A stretch of 51,462 bases of DNA from Gemmatimonadaceae bacterium (GTDB taxonomy: Bacteria > Gemmatimonadota > Gemmatimonadetes > Gemmatimonadales > Gemmatimonadaceae): contig JANWLO010000014.1 of NCBI GenBank assembly GCA_025450815.1, positions 1-51,462 of the forward strand, written 5' to 3'. Position 1 is the stretch's first letter; each line of letters opens with the position of its first letter. The notes beneath the pieces were generated by a model that worked only from the letters and a program-made list of their open reading frames with translations, was not told where the DNA came from and ran no database searches. Below are positions 25,339 through 33,907 of this stretch, piece after piece. The position numbers and the translations under genes were made by a program.

Positions 25339-28299
25339 CTACGGCAACGGCGCAGCCTTGTTCTCGACATCGCTCCGTTGTTCCGCGACGCCGCGCGTTA
25401 CGCTCGCAGGCAGCTCCGCGAGTTGCCGGCGGACGCGCGGGTCAGCGTTGCGCCAGGCAATGATGACGTAACTTGCGTACACTCGCGCGCTGTCCTTCGC
25501 TCCGGCGGCGGCGAAGGTGCGCGCCATCTCGAAGTCCAACTCGCTGCGCGGAACGTACAGACCCATGGCGGCTAGCTGCGCCTCGTACGCATTACGCAAC
25601 GTGGTGATCGCGTCCGATGCACGCCCTTGCGCGAGTTGCGCACGTGCAAGATCGACGACGGTTCGCGTCCAGCCGGAGCGTCCCCAGCGGGCCTTCCCGA
25701 ACTCCGTCTCGGCCTCCGGCCAACGCCCAGCCGTCATTGCGATCAGACCACGCACATGATGATACAGTCGCCAATCACGCGCATAGTAGCTTCGGGCACC
25801 GATCGCCTGGATCGAATCGGCGAGCGCCGCCAGACGTACGGTGTCACGACTTCCCGCCCGCCACAACGCGTCGGCGAGTAGCGCTCGCGGCCACGTGAAG
25901 GTGCGGGCCCAGTCAGCCGAAAAGCTCTGCGCACCATCACTGCCGCGCGATGCCGGCTCACGCGGCACGGCCGCCACAAAATCCCGCTCGGCTCCAGCCA
26001 GATCGCCCTCACTCGCTCGGGTGTCCCCCTGCACGAGTAGAAGCCAGTTGGAGTCGGCCGGACTGCGCCGCAATGCGTCTTCGAGTACATGCGTGGCGGC
26101 ACTCAACGCTCCGCGCTCACGCAGCAGCAGCGCACGCAGCTCCGCCGTGTTGGATGTGAATCGCGGATCGTTCGAGGACTGCCAGTCATGCAATGCACTG
26201 TCCGCCTTTTCGTAGCGGCGGCCCTCGATCAGGCGGCGGATTGCATCCAGGGCGAATTCTGGATCCGTTGGCGCGAGTGTACCGGCCCGACGTCCCGCCG
26301 TCACAGCATCATCGTAACGACCCCGAGCGGAGAGGACGGCACCGAGTTGCGCCCATGCCTCGGGATCTTCCGGCCTCAGCGACGTCGCACGCCGAGCGGC
26401 GGACTCCGCCCGAGCGAGATCGCCCGTGATGCTCGCTGCCTCCGATATCGCGCGATACCCGATGCACACTCCACAGACCTCGTTCCCCGCCGCGCGACCG
26501 GACGAATCGAGCGCAATGGCGCGCTCGGCGACCTCAATTTCCTCAGCGAAGTGTCCGTGCAGCGACAGAATTTCCATGGCGCGCACGTATGCTCGCGGGT
26601 CGCGAGGATATCGCGCGAGCAGCGCGCGGCTGAGCGCTTCAGCCCGCGCATGGTCTCCGGTGTGAAGGGCCACGTATGAATCGACGTACAGCCGTTCGAA
26701 GTCGGTAGCGCGCTGTCGGTGTTCGAAGTACGCGTGGTCCAGAGCGCGTACGCTATCGACCGCGGCCGTATCGTACACCGCTCCGAGCATGTACCGGCGC
26801 TCCATTACCGCGGAAACGAACCCGGAGTCGGTGGCTATCGCTTCATCGAGCGCGGCAGTCGCCTCCAGTGTCTGGAACTGTCCGCGAAGCTGGAGCGCGC
26901 GAAGATATGATCGGTATGCACTCACTGCGTTCGGCTCGAGCTCCGCGAACTGTGCGCCGCCATCGTGCATGTCGAGGCTGGCAACGAGACGTGCCGTGGT
27001 CTTCGCGATCACGACATCAAGGGCCGTGTCGGTGATCGTCACGTGGCGAATGCGACGGCCTTTGCTCACATCCGTCAGCGACGCATCGAGCCAGTAGTAT
27101 CCTCCCCCAACGGTGACGCCACCAGTCAGCAGCCATCGTGCGCCCAGTTTGCGCGCGGCCGCAAGTGCGTCTGCTCCCGACGGCACTCGAGATGTGTGGC
27201 CGTCGGGAATCATGTCACGCAAGCTCGCAGGCTCCACGACATCGATGACGCTCACGACGTGCTCGCGAGATAGCGCGGCGTCGAGGAGTCGCGGAGTTTC
27301 GGTCGCCAGCCACGCATCTCGTGTCTGTCCCACAACTTCGAACGGCATGATCGACAGCGAGCTGTTGTCGGACGCGCCCGAACGACCGAGAGACTTGGGC
27401 AAGGCGAGGATGAGCAGCGCAGCAAAACCGGCGGCCGCAGCCGATGCGGCAATAAACCAGGTGGTTCGCCGCCTCATCGTCCGTCGTCGCGATGGCGGTG
27501 CCCCGTTGTCGGGCGAATCGGCGACGGATATCGGCACGATGATCGACGGCGCAATCTCCGTAAGCACGACGCTCCGCCGTGCGATCTCGTCGGCGGCCGC
27601 CGAGACCGATGAATCGGGCATCAGCTCGAACTCCGAGGCCAACCGCTCGGTGATGTGCTGATACTCTCGCGTCGCTAGACGTAGTGCATCAGCAGTGCCG
27701 GGGGCAGCGAGAGCGTGCAGCAGCTCCAGCGCGGGTTTGGGATCGAGCGGCGCCGCGCTGAGCCACCGGCGGGCCAACTCGGCGCAGTCAATCTGCGCGC
27801 CTGAATCCCTCAATCGTGCGCACTCCGGAACGCACGCGGCGATGAATCTCGACTCGAGCATCGAGCGTTGGGCGTCGGTCCATTCCTCAAACGAGCGTGC
27901 ACCGCCGCTATGCACGCCATCGAGAAACGGACCTGTATACAACTCGGCGACTTTCTTCGTGTCACCGGCCATCGACGCGGAGACGAGCGCTAGCGCATCC
28001 ACCGAAAGCGGCGCCGACGCAGATGCCGACAACAAGACGCTGTTCGATCGTTGTGGGATCGACTCCGGGCCGAGGAGCTGGCGCAGCCTCGACAGCGCCT
28101 CGCGCATGGAGTGTCGCGCGCGGTCCTCATCGCGATCGCCCCAGAAGAGCTCGGCCACGTGATCGCGAGAGAGCGGCTTCGTGGCGAGAGCAAGATAGGT
28201 CAGCAGCGCGAGAATGCGCGGACCCAGGGACGAGACTGCGCGTCCATCCTCATCCAGTAGCGCGAGGCCGCCCAGTGTAATGAGACGATAGCGCGGCAT
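25339..28299 (-). CDS. Membrane-anchored SARP/BTAD-type transcriptional regulator with a periplasmic TolB-N-like module and TPR repeats
   Basis: N-terminal wHTH+BTAD pattern (RILALLTYLALATKPLSRDHVAELFWGD...ARHSMREALSRLRQLLG). One TM helix (WFIAASAAAAGFAALLILAL). SLSIMPFEVVG...RWLLTGGV module, followed by many TPR-like helices. Confidence 0.8.
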   Translation of the reverse strand: MPRYRLITLGGLALLDEDGRAVSSLGPRILALLTYLALATKPLSRDHVAELFWGDRDEDRARHSMREALSRLRQLLGPESIPQRSNSVLLSASASAPLSVDALALVSASMAGDTKKVAELYTGPFLDGVHSGGARSFEEWTDAQRSMLESRFIAACVPECARLRDSGAQIDCAELARRWLSAAPLDPKPALELLHALAAPGTADALRLATREYQHITERLASEFELMPDSSVSAAADEIARRSVVLTEIAPSIIVPISVADSPDNGAPPSRRRTMRRRTTWFIAASAAAAGFAALLILALPKSLGRSGASDNSSLSIMPFEVVGQTRDAWLATETPRLLDAALSREHVVSVIDVVEPASLRDMIPDGHTSRVPSGADALAAARKLGARWLLTGGVTVGGGYYWLDASLTDVSKGRRIRHVTITDTALDVVIAKTTARLVASLDMHDGGAQFAELEPNAVSAYRSYLRALQLRGQFQTLEATAALDEAIATDSGFVSAVMERRYMLGAVYDTAAVDSVRALDHAYFEHRQRATDFERLYVDSYVALHTGDHARAEALSRALLARYPRDPRAYVRAMEILSLHGHFAEEIEVAERAIALDSSGRAAGNEVCGVCIGYRAISEAASITGDLARAESAARRATSLRPEDPEAWAQLGAVLSARGRYDDAVTAGRRAGTLAPTDPEFALDAIRRLIEGRRYEKADSALHDWQSSNDPRFTSNTAELRALLLRERGALSAATHVLEDALRRSPADSNWLLLVQGDTRASEGDLAGAERDFVAAVPREPASRGSDGAQSFSADWARTFTWPRALLADALWRAGSRDTVRLAALADSIQAIGARSYYARDWRLYHHVRGLIAMTAGRWPEAETEFGKARWGRSGWTRTVVDLARAQLAQGRASDAITTLRNAYEAQLAAMGLYVPRSELDFEMARTFAAAGAKDSARVYASYVIIAWRNADPRVRRQLAELPASVTRGVAEQRSDVENKAAPLP

Positions 28300-28397
28300 T
28301 TCGCGAAGCTACGGAAGCGCGGCTGGAGGCGCCAGGCTGCAATAGGTCGCGGGCTGCGACGTAGCCGCTCAATCGTCTCGCAGCGGCCGCACCTAGA

Positions 28398-28440
28398 GCG
28401 CAAAACGCCCGCATCGACTTAAGTCAATGCGGGCGTTTGC
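28398..28440 (-). terminator. Intrinsic terminator downstream of tRNA-Gln
   Basis: Perfect 12-bp stem, AAACGCCCGCAT (28403-28414) with ATGCGGGCGTTT (28427-28438), and a 12-nt loop. On the minus strand the stem runs into TTTTG. Confidence 0.7.
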
Positions 28441-28441
28441 A

Positions 28442-28514
28442 TTGCCCCTCCTGGGATCGAACCAGGACTCTCCTGCTCCAGAGGCAGGCGTGTTGCCAGT
28501 TACACCAAGGGGCA
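28442..28514 (-). tRNA. tRNA-Gln (anticodon CUG)
   Basis: The reverse complement folds by hand into a 73-nt cloverleaf: acceptor TGCCCCT/AGGGGCA, D stem GTGT/ACAC, anticodon stem CCTGC/GCAGG with loop CTCTGGA, T arm CCTGG-TTCGATC-CCAGG, discriminator A. CCA is not encoded. Confidence 0.9.
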
Positions 28515-28720
28515 GTACGATTTCTCCCCGCTCATCCAACCATTCCCTTCCCAGCGGGGAGCGTAATTTTACCGGCCCCCCTCCCTGCCTGCAACCCCAA
28601 TTACCGCAACACTTCCCGTTAGCCACGCCTCATAGTCCAGTCGTACCGTGACACAGCGCCCGCGCGAACCGTCATCCGAATACGCCCGCCGCGCTCGCTT
28701 TGCTGCCCTCACTCACGACC

Positions 28721-30685
28721 ATGCCCCCCTCCGCGCTCGCACGCACTCGCACCCTCGCGACGCTCCTCACCGCCGCCGCCATCCTCGCCTCGGGGTGCAG
28801 CAGCGATAGCGGCACACCCACTCAGCCCGGAACCGGCGAGCTGGTCGTCACCGTCACCGGTCTCCCTTCGAGTGCATCCGCTTCCGTGATCCTCACGGGC
28901 CCCAATGGCTACACGCACACAGTCGCGCACTCGGCGACGCTCCCCGATCTCGCACCGGGCAACTATCAGCTCACCGCGTCCTCGGTGTCCGCAGGCGACA
29001 CGAACTACCTGCCCACCCCCGAGAGCGCCGCCATCACCGTGGCCGCATCGCCAACTCCGATCTCCACGACGATCGCGTACTCGAAGACCACCACCACGCT
29101 CGATCTCTCGATCGGCGCGATGTATCTCACGCAGAGCACGCAGACGCTCGCCGGCGCCGTGCCACTCGTGCAGAATCGCGACGGATATCTTCGCGTCTTC
29201 GTCATCGCCAACCAGTCAAACGCCGTCGCGCCGCAGGTGCGCGTGCGCTTCTACGTGAACGGCACGCAGCAGGGTTCTCCCACGATCATCGCTGCGTCGT
29301 CGCACTCCGTACCGACGTCGATCAGCGAAGGCACGCTCGCAAGCTCCTGGAACATGCCGGTGCCCGGCTCGATGATCCGTCCCGGCCTCTCGATCCTCGC
29401 CGACGTCGATCCGTCCCAGACGATTCCCGAGTCGCGCCGCACAAACAACTCGTTTCCCGCATCCGGCACGCCGCTCGCGCTCACCGTAAAAAATCTGTCG
29501 ACGTTCTATCTTCGCTTCGTTCCCGTGAAGCAGAGTGTCAACGGCCTCACCGGCAACATCTCGAGCTCGAACAAGGACGCGTACCTCGCCAAGACGATCA
29601 AGATCCACCCGATCGCCGCGTACAGCGCCGACGTTCACGCGATGTACACCAGCAACGCGGCCGCACTCACCGGCGGCAACAGCAACGGCGCCTGGGAAGC
29701 CATTCTCGGCGAGATGCAGGCGCTGCGCGTGGCCGAGGGTAGTCCGCGAACGTACTTCGGCGTCGTCAGAACATCGTACACCAGCGGCATTGCGGGGATC
29801 TCGTACATCGGCGGCAACGCGAGCGTCGGCTACGACGGCACCATGAGCGTCGAGATCGCGTCGCACGAGATCGGACACTCGTTCGGCCGACTTCACGCGC
29901 CATGCGGCGTCAACGGTTCCACAGATCCCAACTATCCGTATCCCGCGGGCAACATCGGCGCGTACGGATTCGACGTCGCCACGTCTACGCTCTATCCGCC
30001 GTCCACGGCAGAGGTGATGAGCTACTGCCACCCCCAGTGGATCAGCGACTATACCTACACGGGCGTCTACAACTACCGAGTCGCTCACCCGAGCGCGCCC
30101 GACTTCGTGCACGCCGACTTCCAGCCGTGCATCATCGTATGGGGGCGCATCAGCGATGGAGTAGTCGAGCTCGAGCCATCGTTCGAGGTGCTCACGCACC
30201 CATCACTCCCCGTGCGAAGCGGCGCCTACGCTCTTCGCGCTCTGGATGCCACGGGCGCGCAGCTCTTCTCGCTCTCCTTCGACGGCGACTCGATAGCCGA
30301 CGCGCCAACGGCCGGCCGCTCGTTCGCGTACGCGATCCCCGTGTCGAGCATGCGGAAGCCACTCGCGTCGCTCGTGCTCGTGGGCCCGCACGGCTCCGCG
30401 CGCCGCGACGCGTCCGTGCTCTCCGCCAACGCGAGCATCGTCGCCGCGCCGCGCGCGCCCGGCGACACGATACCCGCTCGCGTCCGCGCGACTGCGAGCG
30501 GCGTCTCGCTGGCGTGGAACGCGCAGCGCTATCCGCTCGTCGTCGTGCGCGATGCAAAGACGGGGGAGATTCTCTCATTCGCGCGCAACGGCGCGGCTTC
30601 GCTCGACACGCCGTCGCGCGACCTCGAGCTCACGCTATCCGATGGCGTGCAGAGCACGGTCGTGCAGGCGCACGCGGCGCCGTGA
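28721..30685 (+). CDS. Secreted zinc metalloprotease lipoprotein (HExxH, reprolysin/M66-like)
   Basis: Lipobox AAAILASGC and zincin motif IASHEIGHSFGRLHAP, with Ig-like N-terminal repeats plausible. Start placed at the ATG at 28721; the track start at 28700 is a TTG. Confidence 0.75.
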   Translation: MPPSALARTRTLATLLTAAAILASGCSSDSGTPTQPGTGELVVTVTGLPSSASASVILTGPNGYTHTVAHSATLPDLAPGNYQLTASSVSAGDTNYLPTPESAAITVAASPTPISTTIAYSKTTTTLDLSIGAMYLTQSTQTLAGAVPLVQNRDGYLRVFVIANQSNAVAPQVRVRFYVNGTQQGSPTIIAASSHSVPTSISEGTLASSWNMPVPGSMIRPGLSILADVDPSQTIPESRRTNNSFPASGTPLALTVKNLSTFYLRFVPVKQSVNGLTGNISSSNKDAYLAKTIKIHPIAAYSADVHAMYTSNAAALTGGNSNGAWEAILGEMQALRVAEGSPRTYFGVVRTSYTSGIAGISYIGGNASVGYDGTMSVEIASHEIGHSFGRLHAPCGVNGSTDPNYPYPAGNIGAYGFDVATSTLYPPSTAEVMSYCHPQWISDYTYTGVYNYRVAHPSAPDFVHADFQPCIIVWGRISDGVVELEPSFEVLTHPSLPVRSGAYALRALDATGAQLFSLSFDGDSIADAPTAGRSFAYAIPVSSMRKPLASLVLVGPHGSARRDASVLSANASIVAAPRAPGDTIPARVRATASGVSLAWNAQRYPLVVVRDAKTGEILSFARNGAASLDTPSRDLELTLSDGVQSTVVQAHAAP

Positions 30686-30715
30686 AAGCGCGACAATCCA
30701 GGGGATGAAAACACG

Positions 30716-30755
30716 AACGCCCAGCGAGTTGCTCGCCGGGCGTTGGTCTTTTTAT
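30716..30755. terminator. Bidirectional intrinsic terminator (metalloprotease gene on +, tRNA-Ala transcript on -)
   Basis: Hairpin ACGCCCAGCGAG-TTG-CTCGCCGGGCGT (12-bp stem, one mismatch). It is followed by GGTCTTTTTA on the + strand and by GTGTTTTC on the - strand. Confidence 0.65.
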
Positions 30756-30773
30756 CTGTGCCACGCACGCCGT

Positions 30774-30863
30774 CATTGGAACTCTGCGTCCTACCGAACA
30801 GCGGCGGGCAACTTGGTACGCGGTGGATGCGGCACCTGGCCATTGGAACTGTGCGTCCTACCG
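30774..30863. repeat. Two copies of a 23-nt direct repeat, CATTGGAACT(C/G)TGCGTCCTACCG
   Basis: Copies at 30774-30796 and 30841-30863 with one mismatch, starts 67 nt apart. They lie in the non-coding gap between the terminator and tRNA-Ala. Confidence 0.8.
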
Positions 30864-30918
30864 TACCAGGGCGCAAACCATCGCGATATTTGTGTGAGCC
30901 GGGAAAGCTGGCTCTTCA

Positions 30919-30991
30919 TGGAGCTGAGGGGGCTCGAACCCCTGACCTCTGCAATGCGAATGCAGCGCTCTCCCAGCTGAGCTACAGCCCC
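30919..30991 (-). tRNA. tRNA-Ala (anticodon CGC)
   Basis: 73-nt cloverleaf on the minus strand: GGGGCTG acceptor with the G3:U70 Ala identity pair, D arm GCTC-AGCTGGGA-GAGC, anticodon arm CTGCA-TTCGCAT-TGCAG, T arm AGGGG-TTCGAGC-CCCCT, discriminator A. Confidence 0.9.
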
Positions 30992-31208
30992 GCGAGCGAA
31001 GAACGCATCAGGGCCCAAGGCCCTGCCCGCTCTATGAAAAAGCCCCGATAGCTCGGGGCTCCCCTCACGCGCATAAAACTAACAGGTGAAGGCGGAGCGA
31101 GTCAAGCACACTACAGATACACTGCACATACGCATGAAAGACGCCCAAAGTTCCCGCAGGTAACAAGATCGCTTGCCCCGAATCCTCACCAGCGATACGA
31201 TCCCAGCC

Positions 31209-32183
31209 ATGTTTTCCTCCCTCAAATCCGCCGACGTCTACGCTGCCGCCGAACGCATCCGCGACACGACTCGCCGCACCGCCCTTCGCCACTCGCCAGC
31301 ACTCTCGGCCATCGCTCAAACCGACGTCTACCTCAAGCTCGAGTGCGAACAGATTACCGGCTCGTTCAAGCTGCGCGGCGCATACAACGCTCTGGCCTCG
31401 CTCGATGATGTCGCGCGCGCGCGGGGCATAGTCGCCGCGTCCGCGGGGAACCACGGCCTCGGCATCGCGTACTCCGCTCGCGCGCTCGGCATCGCCGCCA
31501 CGATCTTCGTTCCCCGCACCGCCCCCGCCGTGAAGCGCGACGGCATCGCCAGCCTCGGTGCGACGATAGACGCCGATTCGGACGATTATGACATCGCGCA
31601 CGCACGCGGGATCGCGCACGCGGAGCGTGAGGCACTCGCGTTCATCGACCCGTGCAACGATGTCACCGTCATCGCGGGACAGGGCACCGCGGCGCTCGAG
31701 ATCATCGAGGATCTCCCATCCGTGCGCACGGTGCTTCTTCCCGTTGGCGGCGCAGGACTGCTCGCCGGTTTCGGAAGCCTGCTGCGCGCTGTTGCCCCAT
31801 CCGTGCGCATCGCCGGCGCGCAGGGGAATCGCAGCAACGCCATGGCGCTCGCGCTCGAGGCCGGGGCCGTGGTGCCAGTCCCTCACGATCCAACGCTCGC
31901 CGATGGACTCTCTGGCGACATCGACGCATTCGCGCTCGACATCGGACGACACGCGCTCGACTCCCTCGCAATCGTCACCGAGGAGGAGATTGCGAACGCG
32001 ATTGCGTGGCTCGACGTCGAGGAGGGTCTCATGGTAGAGGGGTCGGGCGCCGTTGGCGTCGCGGCGCTACTGCAGAAGAAGATCTACAAGCCCGAGGGCC
32101 CCGTTGCGGTAGTGCTCAGCGGTGCGAACATCGATGCCGCCCGGCACGCGGAGATCGTCGCGGCGTACGCGCGCCCCGCCTAG
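31209..32183 (+). CDS. PLP-dependent threonine/serine dehydratase (threonine ammonia-lyase-like, Trp-synthase beta superfamily)
   Basis: PLP-lysine motif ITGSFKLRGAYNAL, glycine loop ASAGNHGLGIAY, and LLPVGGAGLLAG. Start at the ATG at 31209. Confidence 0.8.
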   Translation: MFSSLKSADVYAAAERIRDTTRRTALRHSPALSAIAQTDVYLKLECEQITGSFKLRGAYNALASLDDVARARGIVAASAGNHGLGIAYSARALGIAATIFVPRTAPAVKRDGIASLGATIDADSDDYDIAHARGIAHAEREALAFIDPCNDVTVIAGQGTAALEIIEDLPSVRTVLLPVGGAGLLAGFGSLLRAVAPSVRIAGAQGNRSNAMALALEAGAVVPVPHDPTLADGLSGDIDAFALDIGRHALDSLAIVTEEEIANAIAWLDVEEGLMVEGSGAVGVAALLQKKIYKPEGPVAVVLSGANIDAARHAEIVAAYARPA

Positions 32184-32210
32184 CCCCCCAAAGCCGGATA
32201 TATTCCTGGG

Positions 32211-33200
32211 ATGTCACTGGCCGTTCGCTTCCTCGGCACCAGCGCCGCGCGCCCCACGGTGGAGCGCAACGTCTCCTCCATCGCCGTGATTCGCGAAGGA
32301 GAAACGCTGCTCTTCGATTGCGGCGAGGGTACGCAGCGGCAGATGATGCGCTACGGAATCTCGTTCGCGCTGAACGACATGTTCATCACGCACTTTCACG
32401 GCGATCACATCATCGGCGTGATCGGACTCCTTCGCACCCTGGCGCTGCAGGGCCGAACGGAGCCGATGCGGATGTGGGGCCCGCGCGGCGCGACGCGCGT
32501 GCTCCGCGGCGCGGCACACTTCGGCGTGGACCGCGTCGGCTTTCCGGTGGAGATCGCGGAGATCGCGCCGGGACAGCGCATCGCGCGCGACGGCTACTCG
32601 ATCATCCCATTTCCCGCCGCTCACTCCGGCGAAGTTTCCATCGGCTACGCACTGGTCGAGGACGATCGCAAGGGTCGATTCGACCCGGATCTCGCGCGCT
32701 CGCTCGGCATTCCCGAAGGACCGCTGTGGGGAAAGATCCATAAGGGCGAGAGCGTCACGCTCGACGACGGACGCGTGATCGAGCCCGCGACGCTCGTGGG
32801 ACCGCGCCGCCCGGGGCGCAAGCTCGTGATCTCGGGCGACACGCGCCCGGCCGACGCGACTATCGACGCCGCGCGCGGCGCGGACCTGCTCATCCACGAG
32901 GCCACGTTCGCGCAGGAGGAGGCCGTGCGCGCGTCGGAGACGGGGCACTCCACCGCGAGCGAGGCGGCGCGCGTCGCCGCCGCCGCCGGCGTGCGCCGCC
33001 TCGCACTCACGCACTTCTCGGCCCGATACTCGCGCGATCCCGGGGAGCTCCTGCGCGAGGCGCGCGAAGTGTTCCAGGAGGTCGTGATCGCACGCGACGG
33101 AATGGAGATCGAGATTCCCTTTCCCGACGAGCGCGGTGACGCCGCGCCCGCAGCCGCGGATCAGAGCGCGGAGCCCGGGATCAGTTCGCCGTCGTGCTGA
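32211..33200 (+). CDS. rnz: Ribonuclease Z
   Basis: FLGTSAARPTVERNVSSIAV...LLFDCGEGTQRQMM, metallo-beta-lactamase motif THFHGDHIIG, and C-terminal LTHFSARY. Confidence 0.9.
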   Translation: MSLAVRFLGTSAARPTVERNVSSIAVIREGETLLFDCGEGTQRQMMRYGISFALNDMFITHFHGDHIIGVIGLLRTLALQGRTEPMRMWGPRGATRVLRGAAHFGVDRVGFPVEIAEIAPGQRIARDGYSIIPFPAAHSGEVSIGYALVEDDRKGRFDPDLARSLGIPEGPLWGKIHKGESVTLDDGRVIEPATLVGPRRPGRKLVISGDTRPADATIDAARGADLLIHEATFAQEEAVRASETGHSTASEAARVAAAAGVRRLALTHFSARYSRDPGELLREAREVFQEVVIARDGMEIEIPFPDERGDAAPAAADQSAEPGISSPSC

Positions 33201-33450
33201 TCGGCATCGAGCGCCGGAATAGAAGTGCGATCTGCGCGTCCGTGAGCTCGCGCATCACCGCGGCGGCCTCCGCTCGCGACGTGACGTTGCGGGCCCCCGG
33301 GCCGGCGATGTTCACCCAGTTGTAGCGATCGAGGCGCGACGGCGCGCCGTCGGGATGCTCGAACATTATCATCGCGTTCGTCGCTCCCGGGAGCACGATC
33401 TCGACTGTCCAGCTGGTTCCGTCGGGCGACGTATAGGTGCGTGTGTTCAT
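33181..33450 (-). CDS. Small hypothetical protein (89 aa)
   Basis: ORF with normal composition and a 4-nt overlap with the upstream DUF2203-like gene. It converges on and overlaps the rnz 3' end by 20 nt. Confidence 0.5.
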   Translation of the reverse strand: MNTRTYTSPDGTSWTVEIVLPGATNAMIMFEHPDGAPSRLDRYNWVNIAGPGARNVTSRAEAAAVMRELTDAQIALLFRRSMPISTTAN

Positions 33451-33857
33451 CGGTCCGCAAAGACGAGGGTATCAATCGGCTGACGGCCCGCGAAGCCGCC
33501 GTCCCGCTCGTGCCAGTGCTCGATCGTCTGCTCGCCCAACCTCCAGCAGAGAAAGATCGGGCGACCGTCGTGCGTGCCGGGAAAGTCCACTAGCCCGGAA
33601 TCGAGCGGATTCCGGGCCTCAGCACCGAGCTCCGCGAGCTCGTGAATGTAGCCGTCGATCTCTCGCGCGAGCGCGGCCACCTGGCGCTCGAGATCCGTCG
33701 CGCGCGGGTCCGGCGCGTCCGCGCGCTCGCTCGCCGTCATGAGCTCGTACTCAGCCACGAGCTCGCGCCAGCGCGGATAGCGCGCGACGAGGTCGCGCAC
33801 GATGCGGCTCACCAGCGGGAGCGTGCGGTTGGCGTCGGCGAGAGTGAAGGTTTTCAT
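33447..33857 (-). CDS. DUF2203-like protein
   Basis: MKTFTLADANRTLPLVSRIVRDL... and the C-terminal CWRLGE..I..WH pattern fit my recollection of DUF2203. Start at the ATG at 33857. Confidence 0.6.
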   Translation of the reverse strand: MKTFTLADANRTLPLVSRIVRDLVARYPRWRELVAEYELMTASERADAPDPRATDLERQVAALAREIDGYIHELAELGAEARNPLDSGLVDFPGTHDGRPIFLCWRLGEQTIEHWHERDGGFAGRQPIDTLVFADR

Positions 33858-33907
33858 GGACGTCGGAATGTTGCGGCGCGCGACGGTCGCGCGGCAAGGG
33901 GCATCGC

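Noticed and set aside
28442-30991. Metalloprotease gene bracketed by tRNA-Gln and tRNA-Ala, a possible tRNA-targeted genomic island.
   Set aside because: There is no integrase/recombinase and no duplicated tRNA 3' segment. GC and amino-acid usage match the surrounding chromosome, and both tRNAs are intact.
33181-33200. 20-nt convergent overlap between the rnz 3' end and the small ORF at 33181-33450.
   Set aside because: This is probably just a slightly extended RNase Z C-terminus in a high-GC genome. I see no functional signal in the overlap.
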